64,000 nt of DNA from Candidatus Bathyarchaeota archaeon (GCA_963707955.1 OY970176.1:416001-480000), one strand, 5' to 3'; shown: positions 8,228 to 18,545, counted from the stretch's first letter. A program made the numbers and translations. The notes: generated by a model from the letters alone, not told the origin.

Positions 8228-10356
8228 AGTCTGTTAGAAAACGTGATGGAAAGTTAGAATCGTTTGACCAAGAACGTATAACAAGCGCCGTTTGGAAGGC
8301 GGCCAAAGCTGTCGGGGGAAAAGACCGCGAACTGGCGAGAGGACTTAGCGATCAGGTAATGGCCCAGCTGAGCCTACATTTTGGCGAAGACGGCGTTCCC
8401 ACGGTGGAAGAGATTCAGGATCTGGTTGAAAAAACACTCATAGAGAACGGCCATGCAAGAACGGCGAAGGCCTATATCCTGTACCGAAAACAGCATCAGG
8501 ACCAAAGAGAGCTCGCTGCACTCTTGAGCGATGCGGACCTCGTGGACCAGTACTTGGACATAGAGGACTGGCGTGTCCGAGAAAACTCCAACATGAGCTA
8601 TTCACTGCAGGGTCTGAACAACTATCTCTCATCAACTGTCATCGCGAAATACTGGATCAGCAGAATCTACCCCATCAACATCGCAGACGCTCACTTTTCC
8701 GGCGACATGCACATCCACGACCTCGGAGTGCTAGGCGCGTACTGCGTCGGCTGGGACCTAAGGGAACTGCTAACATCGGGGTTCGGAGGAGTTTCAGGAA
8801 AGATCGAGAGCAAGCCAGCCAAGCATTTTAGGACAGCACTAGGGCAGATTGTCAACTTCTTCTACACTCTTCAAGGCGAAGCCGCGGGAGCCCAGGCGTT
8901 CAGCACGTTCGACACGTATCTCGCGCCGTTCATTCGTCACGACGGCCTGAGTCAGAAAGAAGTTGAACAGGGATTGCAGGAATTCTTCTTCAACATGAAC
9001 GTGCCCACGCGTGTGGGTTTCCAGACGCCCTTCACAAACGTTACTTTGGACCTGACCGTTCCAGATTACATAAAGAATGAGTCTGTAATAATCGGCGGAG
9101 AACAGACTGATGCCACCTATGGAGACATGCAGACAGAAATGGACATGTTCAACGCTGCTTTTGCAGACATGATGAGCAAGGGCGACTCTAAGGCAAGAGT
9201 GTTCACTTTTCCGATACCAACGTACTGTGTCACAAAGGATTTCGACTGGGAATCCTCCATAGCTCAGAAAATCTTCGAGGTCACGGCTAAGTATGGAGTG
9301 CCTTACTTCTCCAATTTTATCAACACCGACATGAAGCCTGAGGACGTCCGAAGCATGTGTTGCCGACTCAGAATCGATAATCGCGAGCTGCGCAATCGGG
9401 GCGGCGGTTTCTTCGGTGCAAACCCGTTGACGGGGTCAATAGGCGTTGTAACTCTGAACCTGCCGAGGATCGGGTACTTGGCGAGGGACGAGGACGAATT
9501 CTCTGAACGGCTAGAAGCTCTAATGGAAGTTGCCAAAGACAGCTTGGAAATAAAGAGGAAAGTTCTGGAGACGTTCACCGAAAACGGACTTTACCCGTAT
9601 TCGAAGCGTTATCTTCAGAGCGTCAAAGCGGAACACGGCCACTACTGGCGAAACCACTTCTCAACCATCGGCATACTAGGCATGAACGAGGCGATTCTAA
9701 ACCTGTTCGGCGTGAGCATCGTTTCAGGCGATGGAACAGACTTTGCGATTAGGACGCTTAAATTCATGCGCAAGAGGCTTCTGGAATTTCAAGACGAAAC
9801 AGACAACATGTACAATCTTGAGGCCACTCCGGCTGAGGGAACCAGCTACAGGCTTGCAAGGATTGACAGAAAGAGGTACCCTGACATCATTGCTGCTAAT
9901 CAGAAAAACGTTGTGACGGGCGCAGAACCCTTCTACACCAATTCTTCGCAGTTGCCAGTTGATTTCGAGGGCGACCTGTTTGAAGCGTTGGAGCACCAAG
10001 ACAGACTGCAGACGCTTTACACTGGCGGCACAGTCTTCCACATCTTTCTGGGCGAACGGCTTCCTTCATGGAAGGCCTCGGCAGAACTCATCAAGAAAGC
10101 CGCTTGGAGTTCACATCTGCCTTATTTCACTCTGACACCGACGTTCAGCATATGTCCAAGCCACGGCTACGTAAAGGGTGAACACAAGCAATGCCCAAGT
10201 TGTGGAGCAAAGTGCGAAGTGTACTCAAGGGTTGTTGGGTACCTGAGGCCAGTGGACCAGTGGAACGATGGCAAACAAGCAGAATTTGCCATAAGAAAAA
10301 CCTTTGACAAGTCGGCAGTCACGGCAGCGGCCCCCGCCCAAGTGATAAGCCAATGA
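8224..10356 (+). CDS. nrdD: Anaerobic (class III) ribonucleoside-triphosphate reductase
   Basis: ATP cone, RSMCCRL, LEATPAEG, C-terminal Zn site, glycyl-radical motif YSRVVGYLRP. Confidence 0.95.
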   Translation: MKSVRKRDGKLESFDQERITSAVWKAAKAVGGKDRELARGLSDQVMAQLSLHFGEDGVPTVEEIQDLVEKTLIENGHARTAKAYILYRKQHQDQRELAALLSDADLVDQYLDIEDWRVRENSNMSYSLQGLNNYLSSTVIAKYWISRIYPINIADAHFSGDMHIHDLGVLGAYCVGWDLRELLTSGFGGVSGKIESKPAKHFRTALGQIVNFFYTLQGEAAGAQAFSTFDTYLAPFIRHDGLSQKEVEQGLQEFFFNMNVPTRVGFQTPFTNVTLDLTVPDYIKNESVIIGGEQTDATYGDMQTEMDMFNAAFADMMSKGDSKARVFTFPIPTYCVTKDFDWESSIAQKIFEVTAKYGVPYFSNFINTDMKPEDVRSMCCRLRIDNRELRNRGGGFFGANPLTGSIGVVTLNLPRIGYLARDEDEFSERLEALMEVAKDSLEIKRKVLETFTENGLYPYSKRYLQSVKAEHGHYWRNHFSTIGILGMNEAILNLFGVSIVSGDGTDFAIRTLKFMRKRLLEFQDETDNMYNLEATPAEGTSYRLARIDRKRYPDIIAANQKNVVTGAEPFYTNSSQLPVDFEGDLFEALEHQDRLQTLYTGGTVFHIFLGERLPSWKASAELIKKAAWSSHLPYFTLTPTFSICPSHGYVKGEHKQCPSCGAKCEVYSRVVGYLRPVDQWNDGKQAEFAIRKTFDKSAVTAAAPAQVISQ

Positions 10357-11029
10357 AGTTCAGCGGGATTCAAAAAACAAGTCTAACGGATTTTCCGGGC
10401 AGAATATGCTCTGTGCTTTTCACACCTGGCTGCAACCTGCGTTGTCCCTTCTGCCACAACTGGCGCATAGTGATCAACCCCCAACCGCCCTTTCTCAACG
10501 AGGAAACGGTTCTGAAAATTCTTGAAGAACGCAAAAAATACGTTGACGCAGTCGTGGTCACCGGCGGAGAACCGACGATCCACAAAGAACTACCCAGGTT
10601 CTTGAAGAAGCTGAAAGACAGAGGGTTTGCAGTGAAATTGGACACCAACGGATTGGACTCTCACATGCTGGAAGAGTGCTTGCAGAGCGTGGACTACGTA
10701 GCGTTGGATGTGAAAACGAGCTTGGAGAAATACGAGTTGCTGGGAGCCCGAGACACGGCTGAACTTGTGCGCACAGTGGACATCTTGAAGATGGGCAAAG
10801 TCGAGTACGAGTTCAGAACAACGGTCGTGCCGGGTTCTTTGAACCTGCAGACGTGTGCGCTATGAGTAGCCTTGTCAACGGCGCAAGAGCATGGGCATTA
10901 CAGCAATTTGTGCCAGGAGACACGCTTGACAAGAGCCTCAACGCACTGAAACCGTACACTCCAGAAACAATGTCTAAGTATGCTGAAACCATCAGAAACT
11001 GTGCTGAGGAAATAATTCTTCGGACCTAG
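10353..11029 (+). CDS. nrdG: Anaerobic RNR activating radical-SAM enzyme (1-nt frameshift near 10835)
   Basis: GCNLRCPFCHN, TGGEPT, YEFRTTVVP; continues in a shifted frame (LQQFVPGDTLD...IILRT*). Confidence 0.88.
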
Positions 11030-11150
11030 TTATCGAAGGCTTGCCAGGTTTCACTATTAGACATAAACAACATTTCATTGGTATCAAGCGTAAGGTTTAA
11101 GGGTTAACGGGTTGTTTAGGTTTCGAATGTTCTGTAACGAGGCTTAAGTT

Positions 11151-11702
11151 TTGAGCAAGAAAGTCGTGACTCTTGAAGAGCGCAAGGCCGAGGTCTTGAT
11201 CAAGCTCAGAGGATACAAACTCCTCAAGAAACAGAAACGCGAAGATGCTGTTGAATACTTGGTTGAGATTCCAAGGGACAAGCAGAAGGCCGTCGTTTGG
11301 TGCGTCCCAGGTGAGACCACCGTAGGCATAAACAGCATAAACCGTCTTGCGAAAGCCATGAAAGACGCTGACATGGAAAGTGGAATAATAGTCACTGACG
11401 GAAGATACACGCACGCCGTTAAGCAGGGTGCTAGGAAAAAGAAAATTGAGCTCCTGCCCAAGACATTCCCCGCCTTCGACCTTTTTCAACACAGGCTTGT
11501 TCCGAAGCATGAAATTCTGACTGAGGAAGAGAAAACGGAGCTCCTGTTGAAGTACAGGGTGCACCCGTACCAGCTACCTCAGATAAGCTCGCTGGACCCA
11601 ACCGTCAAGGCGATAGGAGCCAAGCCGGGAGACATACTGCGGATAATAAGAAAAAGCCCGACAGCCGGCGAGCACCTAGCGTTCAGATACGTTGTAGAAT
11701 AG
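11151..11702 (+). CDS. rpoH: RNA polymerase subunit Rpo5/H with RPB5-like N-terminal domain
   Basis: C-terminal HRLVPKHEIL...QLPQI..DP..KAIGAKPGDILRIIRKSPTAG...RYV plus ~105-aa N-terminal extension. Confidence 0.9.
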   Translation: MSKKVVTLEERKAEVLIKLRGYKLLKKQKREDAVEYLVEIPRDKQKAVVWCVPGETTVGINSINRLAKAMKDADMESGIIVTDGRYTHAVKQGARKKKIELLPKTFPAFDLFQHRLVPKHEILTEEEKTELLLKYRVHPYQLPQISSLDPTVKAIGAKPGDILRIIRKSPTAGEHLAFRYVVE

Positions 11703-11703
11703 C

Positions 11704-11785
11704 CTATTTAGGCATCATGACCTCTGTTGCCTTCACAACGGCCTCAACTTGGTCCCCAGCGTTTATATGCAAGTCTTCTTGGCGC
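11704..11785 (-). pseudogene. TOBE/Mop domain C-terminal remnant
   Basis: Minus strand reads EDLHINAGDQVEAVVKATEVMMPK*; no intact 5' part recognised. Confidence 0.55.
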
Positions 11786-12155
11786 TCAAGGCCTAAAGCG
11801 TCCACGTAGTCTCGAGATCCAGACAGATTGCCTCAACTAACGAGGATATCTTGAGGTTAGCCACCTTCTAAGGTGCAACGGCTCGCAGAATAATTGTGGG
11901 CGCGCTGGTCGGGTTCACGTAAGGAACCAGTCCTCTTTCAATCTCGAAGAACAGTTGGGGGCTCTCTTTCATCGCCTTCACCAACTCCGGATTCCCGTTC
12001 AGAAGCAGGTTCATGAGCAAGTCGTCGCCCATCACTTGCACCTTTTTGAAAACACTTCTTAGTGCGCGCTAGAGCCGACATATTGAGGGGCATATCTGCT
12101 CTTGTCCTTGATACTGACTTTACGTTACTCCACCTACAGAGGGATCGGCCCTGAG

Positions 12156-12380
12156 CTAGGGCTGGGCTTTCCTTTCGCTCGCCAGTTCGCACAGAATCAC
12201 TAAGGCCTCGCCGAACGATATGTTCAGTCTCGCAGCCAGTTCTGCGGGGAATATCTCGGGTTTTTCGGGAAGAACACTGTCCCTTATGAAGGCCTTATGG
12301 TGCGGGTACATGACTAAGGCGTGGACCGTTTCAACCAATACAGGCCAGAGTTTCTCTCTCGTGTATTCTTCGAAGTTCAT
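12156..12380 (-). CDS. Hypothetical protein (possible winged helix)
   Basis: 74-aa ORF directly downstream of the GNAT gene; PAELAARLNISFGEAL resembles a helix-turn-helix. Confidence 0.6.
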   Translation of the reverse strand: MNFEEYTREKLWPVLVETVHALVMYPHHKAFIRDSVLPEKPEIFPAELAARLNISFGEALVILCELASERKAQP

Positions 12381-12422
12381 GCTGGATCAATGTCTTACAG
12401 TGTTGAAGGTTAAATATTGAAT

Positions 12423-12980
12423 TTACCTTCGGTCACCTCGAGCACGCACACGTTCTTGTTCCAGGATAGCGTACAGCAAAGAGTCTCGCCATTTTCCTTT
12501 TGCCCACATGTGCTCTCGGATGCGACCCTCGCGTTTCATGCCAATCTTCTCCAGAACGTGTGCAGACGCGGTGTTTGCTGGGTCGCAGGTGGCGAATATT
12601 CTGTGCAAGCTCAGCTTATCAAACCCGAAATCAACGAGTGCGTTTGCCGTCTCGGTGGCGTATCCTTTTCCCCAGAAATAGCATTTGAGGCAATAACCGA
12701 TCCATCCTTCCCGGTTGTCGACGTTTGAAACACAGATCGAGCAGCCCCCGATGAGCTCGTTTTCGTTTCTTACGACTATTGCGACCGTGTAGTTTCTGCG
12801 GGGTTTCTCGTTTTGGCCTGCGAGCGCTCGCTGGATAAAGCCTTTCGTTTCTTCCTCTGTGTTGGGCCCCCAATTCATGTATCGAACGACCTCTGGGTCG
12901 GAAGCGTAGCAATGAACAGATTGCCAATCGGCTTCCATCAGATCTCGCAACAACAGTCGCTCAGTTCTAGTGACTTCCAC
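12423..12980 (-). CDS. RimJ/RimL-family GNAT acetyltransferase
   Basis: TERLLLR, WGKGYATE, NTASAHVLEKIGMKREG. Confidence 0.9.
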   Translation of the reverse strand: MEVTRTERLLLRDLMEADWQSVHCYASDPEVVRYMNWGPNTEEETKGFIQRALAGQNEKPRRNYTVAIVVRNENELIGGCSICVSNVDNREGWIGYCLKCYFWGKGYATETANALVDFGFDKLSLHRIFATCDPANTASAHVLEKIGMKREGRIREHMWAKGKWRDSLLYAILEQERVRARGDRR

Positions 12981-13292
12981 AGTTTTGCCCCGCGAGGACT
13001 CATCTTTATGCGATTTGGGTCCAACTTAAAAGGTTTGTATCAAGGACCTGACTGCGATGCGTACGCTGCTTGACGACTTCATGAACGGCATGCAAAGGAG
13101 AACCTTCCCGCGTCATCTGCCCAACATGAAACCCATGTTTCTCTAAAAGAAGTTCGCTCTCTTTGGCTCATGTCGAGCCTAGAGACCCAAGCTTTCGCTT
13201 TTAGAGCTTGTTGTTCTGGTCTTACCGCAAAGTATATCTCTGCTCAAGCGTGATTAGAGCCTTCAAAATCCATCATGAAGGGTTGAGAGCTG

Positions 13293-14021
13293 ATGGCTGT
13301 CAAAGCTGTGGTCTTCGATTTGGACGGCACGATTGCAAGCTTCAACTTGGACTACGTGACTGTGAGGGCAGACGTCAGGAGTTATCTCATCAGAGTCGGG
13401 CTACCGGGCTCGATACTGTCGACTAACCAAAGCATATTTGACATGCTGAAGATGGCCGAGATTTTTTTGAAGAACACCGGCAAATCCGATAGGGCTGTGG
13501 GAAAAGTCAGGAACGAAGCCTTGGCCATAGCTGAAAAATATGAGCTGGAAGCCGCGAAGACCACTGGCCTGCTTTCAGGCGCTGTTGAGACGCTGGAAGC
13601 ATTGAAGAAGATGGGCTTGAAAATCGGCCTGTGCACTATTAACAGCGAGAAATCGACAAACCACATCTTGAAACGGTTTGGTATATCTGCGTTGTTCGAT
13701 GCTGTCACGCCTAGAAACAAGGTCAAGTACGTTAAACCCAGCCCCGAGCATTTGAAAGCTACTTTGAAAGCTTTGCACGTAAACCCAAAAGAAGCGATCC
13801 TGATTGGAGACGGAACCCGTGACATGCAGTGTGCAAGGGAATTGAACGTCATCGCCGTAGGCTTGCCGACCGGCGTGTCGTCTGAAAAAGAGCTGATCGC
13901 TTCCGGAGCGAGCTACTTCATCGCTTCAATCAGGGATCTACCGAGGCTAGTGGAGACGATAAACAAATCATCAAGGTCCAGAAGAAAGGTTACAAACAAG
14001 AATTCTGGGAGTGCGGCTTAG
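13293..14021 (+). CDS. HAD-family hydrolase (phosphoglycolate-phosphatase-like)
   Basis: FDLDGT, KPSP, IGDGTRD motifs. Confidence 0.88.
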   Translation: MAVKAVVFDLDGTIASFNLDYVTVRADVRSYLIRVGLPGSILSTNQSIFDMLKMAEIFLKNTGKSDRAVGKVRNEALAIAEKYELEAAKTTGLLSGAVETLEALKKMGLKIGLCTINSEKSTNHILKRFGISALFDAVTPRNKVKYVKPSPEHLKATLKALHVNPKEAILIGDGTRDMQCARELNVIAVGLPTGVSSEKELIASGASYFIASIRDLPRLVETINKSSRSRRKVTNKNSGSAA

Positions 14022-14606
14022 ATTAGAAGCTCGCGACTCCTTTTCTCTCGCTAAAATCGTACCATTTCCAAATTTCATCAACTGTCCTTTCGGAGTATCC
14101 GTTCCGCTTCAGCAACGATCTCAAAGATGAGGGAGACTTCATTCGTTGGGGCCACCAAAACAAGTTTGAAATGCGTGTTCAAAGGAAATTAAACATTCTG
14201 TATTCTAGATTCTGTTCCTGTAGACATGTACAGCAGATCTACAGGAGCACTTGGAACTGCCTGACCGTTGCCAATCCCGTCTGTTTCCTCTGTTATTAAC
14301 ATTTTTCGGCTGCATCTGCCAACCTGGATGTTTGATCTTTGTCTCGCGTCTTGCCTAGATGAGTAAAACATTGCTCGTTTCGTTTTTCCTCGTTTAACAA
14401 ACCCTACGCCTTCCCTAATCAGTTTTCAGCACACATGACTATCCTGGAGTACTTTCGCAGAGGCCTATGCGGAACTTGGCATGTCCTGGCCAGTAACGCA
14501 AGACTTTCCTCAAGATAGATGCCATCCGGGCCGATGCGTGGGCGCGCTTTTGCTTTTCTGATTCTGTTTTCTTTTTGAGGTTCGAACGACTTATCTAGGC
14601 TTTTCA

Positions 14607-14810
14607 GCGCGCTAGCGCGTTTCTAAATTCTTTCGGAAAGCAGCTTGCGCTACTCATTCTGCTCTCTTCAATCATATTTGGATCATATAGGATACCCGGG
14701 GAGGAGGGTGTGAGCACGAAAGCATCCAGCCGAACCGTGACAGTAACCATCGAAAAACGTCATGCCTTCCCCTTGAATGAACCTAGAAATTCAGGAACAA
14801 ACATGCGCGC
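14607..14810. repeat. ~200-bp dispersed repeat with imperfect terminal inverted repeats (copy 1)
   Basis: Alignable end to end with the reverse complement of 57349-57548; identical core TATTTGGATCATATAGGATACCCGGGG; both ends GCGCGC-N6-GTTYCTRAATT. Confidence 0.8.
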
Positions 14811-14821
14811 AATATCCAGCG

Positions 14822-15382
14822 CTAGGTGGAGTGGAATTCTTCCTTGTACAGTTGATAGGCCGAAAGTATTAGTTTTTCCGCAGCCTTAGCGTCGCCCCAT
14901 TCTTTGATCTTGACCCACTTCTTCGGTTCAAGCCTCTTGTAGTTCACGAAGAAATCTGCGATTTCTGCCTTCAAGTGTTTTGCAACGTCGTCTATGTCCT
15001 GGATCTCCTCGAACCTCGGGTCGTTCACCGGCACTCCGAGGATCTTGTCATCCTGTCCGTTTTCATCTTCTGTGGTCAGGACACCTATGGGGCGCGCGGT
15101 GATCACGCAGCCCGTGAACGTGGGCTTTGTAGTCAACACCAGAATGTCCAGGGGTTCCCCGTCTAATGACCATGACCGCGGGATTATGCCGTAATCACCT
15201 AGGTAGTAAAGGGCGGAATACAGCACTCGGTCAAGCTTAAAGAACCCAACCTCGCAGTCAAACTTGTACTTGTTCGTACTTCCACTGGGTACTTCAACAA
15301 TCGCGTAGACCTTATGCGGAGGATCTGGACCGCACGGAATGTCTCGCCATAAATTGACCATTTCAACACCCTTCAGTTTCAC
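14822..15382 (-). CDS. ppa: Soluble inorganic pyrophosphatase (family I)
   Basis: NKY, KLDRVL, DYGIIP, DGEPLD, DENGQDDK, FFVNYKRLE; likely start MVNLW. Confidence 0.92.
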   Translation of the reverse strand: MKLKGVEMVNLWRDIPCGPDPPHKVYAIVEVPSGSTNKYKFDCEVGFFKLDRVLYSALYYLGDYGIIPRSWSLDGEPLDILVLTTKPTFTGCVITARPIGVLTTEDENGQDDKILGVPVNDPRFEEIQDIDDVAKHLKAEIADFFVNYKRLEPKKWVKIKEWGDAKAAEKLILSAYQLYKEEFHST

Positions 15383-15654
15383 TTAGCTATTTTCGGTTCA
15401 CACATTTAAACGTAACATCAGCCGGAACCCAACAGGTTCTGATGAATACGACCCTTTCGATCGGCACATATCGGTTTTCGACATATTACCATTTTCGCAA
15501 TTGCCTACATGCATCGGTATAGCTCTGAATGGTTGCTACGATGCGGTACAATAAGCGACAAGCATCCGAGAAAGAAGTTGTTACAACTGCTTGACGCATC
15601 ATGCTAAGCGCGCGCTAAGAGAGGGCCAAGAATCAGGTACGAGAACCCCGACAG

Positions 15655-15987
15655 TTGGGCTTGTCAGAAGTTACTTTGGAGCTGCCTGGCCTTTCTTCTT
15701 CTGTTCAAAAAACCCTTCTGGCGAGGATATTTTTATTTAGGACCGTGCATTTTAGGACGGCACGCAATGGCTTTAAAGAGTGGGTGGACGAAATATCCGT
15801 AAGAATGTCTAATAGCTTGAGTGCAGTTGCTCTCGTACTCATGGTCTTAGGCACGTACGTGCTTGTGTTCTCAAGCATTTCGTTGCTGTATAAGGTAGTC
15901 ATTATTGTCTACATTTTTGTTTTGCTTTTCCTGTTCTCATTAGCGTTGCTGAGCTTAGAGACGATGGAAAAACCCAGTGCTGAGTAG
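15655..15987 (+). CDS. Hypothetical membrane protein
   Basis: Two hydrophobic helices in the C-terminal half; start uncertain. Confidence 0.45.
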   Translation: MGLSEVTLELPGLSSSVQKTLLARIFLFRTVHFRTARNGFKEWVDEISVRMSNSLSAVALVLMVLGTYVLVFSSISLLYKVVIIVYIFVLLFLFSLALLSLETMEKPSAE

Positions 15988-16122
15988 AGAACTTAATCAC
16001 GAAAGCCTTCACTGGGCGTGGAACTTTGTCTAGCGCATCATGCAGTCGCTTGAAACGTATTCCGTAACTCAAGCGATCTCAGGCCTATATGCAATCATAA
16101 AGGCAGCCTGCTGCTCAGGAAG

Positions 16123-16524
16123 TCACGCAGGTTTGAAGTAGTATCTAGGCCATTGAGGCCAAGGCTGCACAGCCGCGCAGGTTCCGAAGTCTACCGCCAA
16201 GTCCATTCCTACTTTTACTTGTTCCAGCGGTACTCCTCGGATCATCCCGGGAAGTTTCAGACCGTTTTCGAGTTTGACAATGCCTATGGCGTACGGGGCC
16301 ATTGATTGGAACTGCGCTGAGGTGATGTGGATGACCGTGTAGGTTAGCAGTTTTCCTTTCGTCGGAATCTCGGTCCAGTCAAACTCTTTTGAGTAGCAAT
16401 TGTCGCAGATCGGCCTGGGCGGGAGGTGCACCTTTGCACATTTTCTGCATTTTCCGCCTAGCAGCTTTCCCTGGTTGATGTTCCTGTAGAACTGTTCTAT
16501 CGTAAAAGGTGCTTGTTCAACCAT
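16123..16524 (-). CDS. DUF35 Zn-ribbon/OB-fold thiolase partner
   Basis: CRKCAKVHLPPRPICDNC, GKLLTYTVIH, PYAIGIV; directly downstream of the thiolase. Confidence 0.9.
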   Translation of the reverse strand: MVEQAPFTIEQFYRNINQGKLLGGKCRKCAKVHLPPRPICDNCYSKEFDWTEIPTKGKLLTYTVIHITSAQFQSMAPYAIGIVKLENGLKLPGMIRGVPLEQVKVGMDLAVDFGTCAAVQPWPQWPRYYFKPA

Positions 16525-16526
16525 TT

Positions 16527-17700
16527 CTATGTCCCCCTGTAAATGTGAACCGTGGCAGTCGCGCCTGAGCCGCCTACGTTGTGCGTGAGTCCTATCTCTG
16601 CATCCTTGACTTGGCGTTTTTCGGCGCGGCCTGTCAGTTGCAGATAGATTTCGTAGGCTTGGCCTGTTCCGGTTGCGCCAACGGGATGCCCTTTGGCCTT
16701 TAGACCTCCGCTGGTGTTGATGGGAATTCTTCCTCCGAGCCTTGTCTCGCCGCTCTCAACCAGTTTTCCGCCTTCCCCTGCCTTGCAAAACCCCAAGTCC
16801 TCGTAGGCTATTATTTCTGCTATGGTGAAACAGTCGTGGACTTCTGCAACGTCAACGTCTTCCGGTTTCACCGCGGCCATTTCACATGCTTTCTTGGCGG
16901 CGACCTTTGCGGCTTCAAGTGAAGTCAGACTAGTCCTCTCGTATAGGCCAATGGTGTCACTGGCTTGACCGCTTCCAACGATCTGCACAGGGGTGTCCGT
17001 GAATTTCTTAGCCAGTTCAGGTTTGGTAAGAATCAGGCAGCTCGCACCGTCAGTGATGAGCGAACAATCATACAGTTTGAGGGGCCATGCGACCATGCGT
17101 GAAGCGAGAGCGGTTTCAAGCGTTATTTCCTTCTGCATGTGCGCCTTCGGGTTTAGACTTCCGTGATAGTGATTTTTGACTCCGACCATGGCTAACTGTC
17201 GCTCTGTCGTTCCATAAGCATTCATGTGAGCGGTGGCCATCAACGCGTACAGCCCTGGAAAAGTTATGCCATGCCACTGCTCGAAGGGATAATCAGAAGC
17301 CATGGCAAGATACTCAGTCACTTCCGCCGTCGTCCTATGTGTCATTTTCTCGACGCCGCCGACCATAACAACATCGCTCAAGCCTGAGCGCACTGCGCAG
17401 ATCGCAGCCCTGAGAGCAACACCGGAAGAGGCACAGGCAGCCTCAGTTCTTGTGGCAGCAACGTGTCCAAGACCAATCCAGTCAGCGATTGTTGGAGCCG
17501 TGTGACCCTGATGCTCGAAAGATTCTCCCATGTGACCAACAAACAGGGCCTGAATGTCCTTCTTAGGGTCCAGACCTTGGACAGTTGTCAAAGGCTTCCT
17601 TCGCTGCGTCCGCAAAGATCTCCCTGGCGTACAAACCTTCGAGTTTTCCAAACTTCGACAAACCAGCAGAGACTATTGAGACAAGAGGTTCCCCGTTCAA
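16527..17700 (-). CDS. Archaeal thiolase (acetyl-CoA C-acyltransferase); 1-nt frameshift near 17575
   Basis: TTG start after GGAGG, VSIVSAGLSKFG N-terminus, EAACASS (catalytic Cys), EVHDCF, KGHPVG, HNVGG. Confidence 0.88.
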
Positions 17701-17854
17701 ATGAGTTTCTCCCTCCGAAATGCCACTGCGCGGAGAAAATGAGTTACTGAATGAACGACTATTTAAGTTTCGTTGGCTGGTTCTGCAGTTCACACGAAAG
17801 AAAAATGGCGGAAATTCTTGAAAAGGGGTTAAGTTAAGCTTGGATCGGCTCTCA

Positions 17855-18541
17855 TTACCTTGGTCCGAATCTCTTCTTGACCCAAGCTCTTGTTTTTTCC
17901 ATGTCTTCTCTGAATCGCTTCAGCTCCTCCGGACTTCTCTTCGGAGCGACTGGCTCTTCAGCTGGCGTTGCGTAAACGTCCAGCAGGTCGCCTTTGGGCT
18001 GCTTTGCGATGTTTATGTTGACCTTCAAGCCTATGTTGACTTTTTCTGGGTCGATGTCTCGCATGGTCATCGGGAGGCACGTGTTTGTTCCGTCGATTCT
18101 CACCATTGCTCCAACTAGGGGTTGCAGGTGTGCCATGGAGGGCCATGCAATGGCCATTATTGTGTGAGCGTGGATTTCCCCTTTCTTCGGAAACTCAACC
18201 CATCTTGTTTCTTCCAGCCTGCATTTGGGGTTGAAGCAGTGTGCACGTGGAGGACAATAGACAAGGCCGCACTTAGGACACTTTGTTCCGTAGAGTTTTC
18301 CTTCGAGCAAGCCCATGAAGAATTTTGACACTTTGCCGTAGCTATGGTGGAACATGCTCCCGTGCGGTCTGTGGACGATCAAGAACTTCTCAGGTTTCAA
18401 ATCGTTGAGCGTGGGACCGTCGTTCATTTCCACAATTTTCCAGCCTTCAGGCCTCCAGCCGCCCTTGCGTTCCCACTCTTGCCACCATTTCTCGTCGTAC
18501 GCTGATTGCTTCATTATCTTTTCTGGTCCAGGTTGCTTCAT
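17855..18541 (-). CDS. Extended DUF35 Zn-ribbon/OB-fold protein
   Basis: GTKCPKCGLVYCPPRAHC..C plus OB fold, with N- and C-terminal extensions. Confidence 0.85.
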   Translation of the reverse strand: MKQPGPEKIMKQSAYDEKWWQEWERKGGWRPEGWKIVEMNDGPTLNDLKPEKFLIVHRPHGSMFHHSYGKVSKFFMGLLEGKLYGTKCPKCGLVYCPPRAHCFNPKCRLEETRWVEFPKKGEIHAHTIMAIAWPSMAHLQPLVGAMVRIDGTNTCLPMTMRDIDPEKVNIGLKVNINIAKQPKGDLLDVYATPAEEPVAPKRSPEELKRFREDMEKTRAWVKKRFGPR

Positions 18542-18545
18542 CCTT

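Noticed and set aside
2400-13000. Integron cassette array (many GNAT and small accessory genes)
   Set aside because: Mixed orientations, no repeated attC with paired RYYYAAC/GTTRRRY ends, and no integrase seen.
14420-14545. Possible tyrosine-recombinase remnant (LRYWPGHAK on the minus strand)
   Set aside because: Too short and lacks other catalytic motifs; could be chance.
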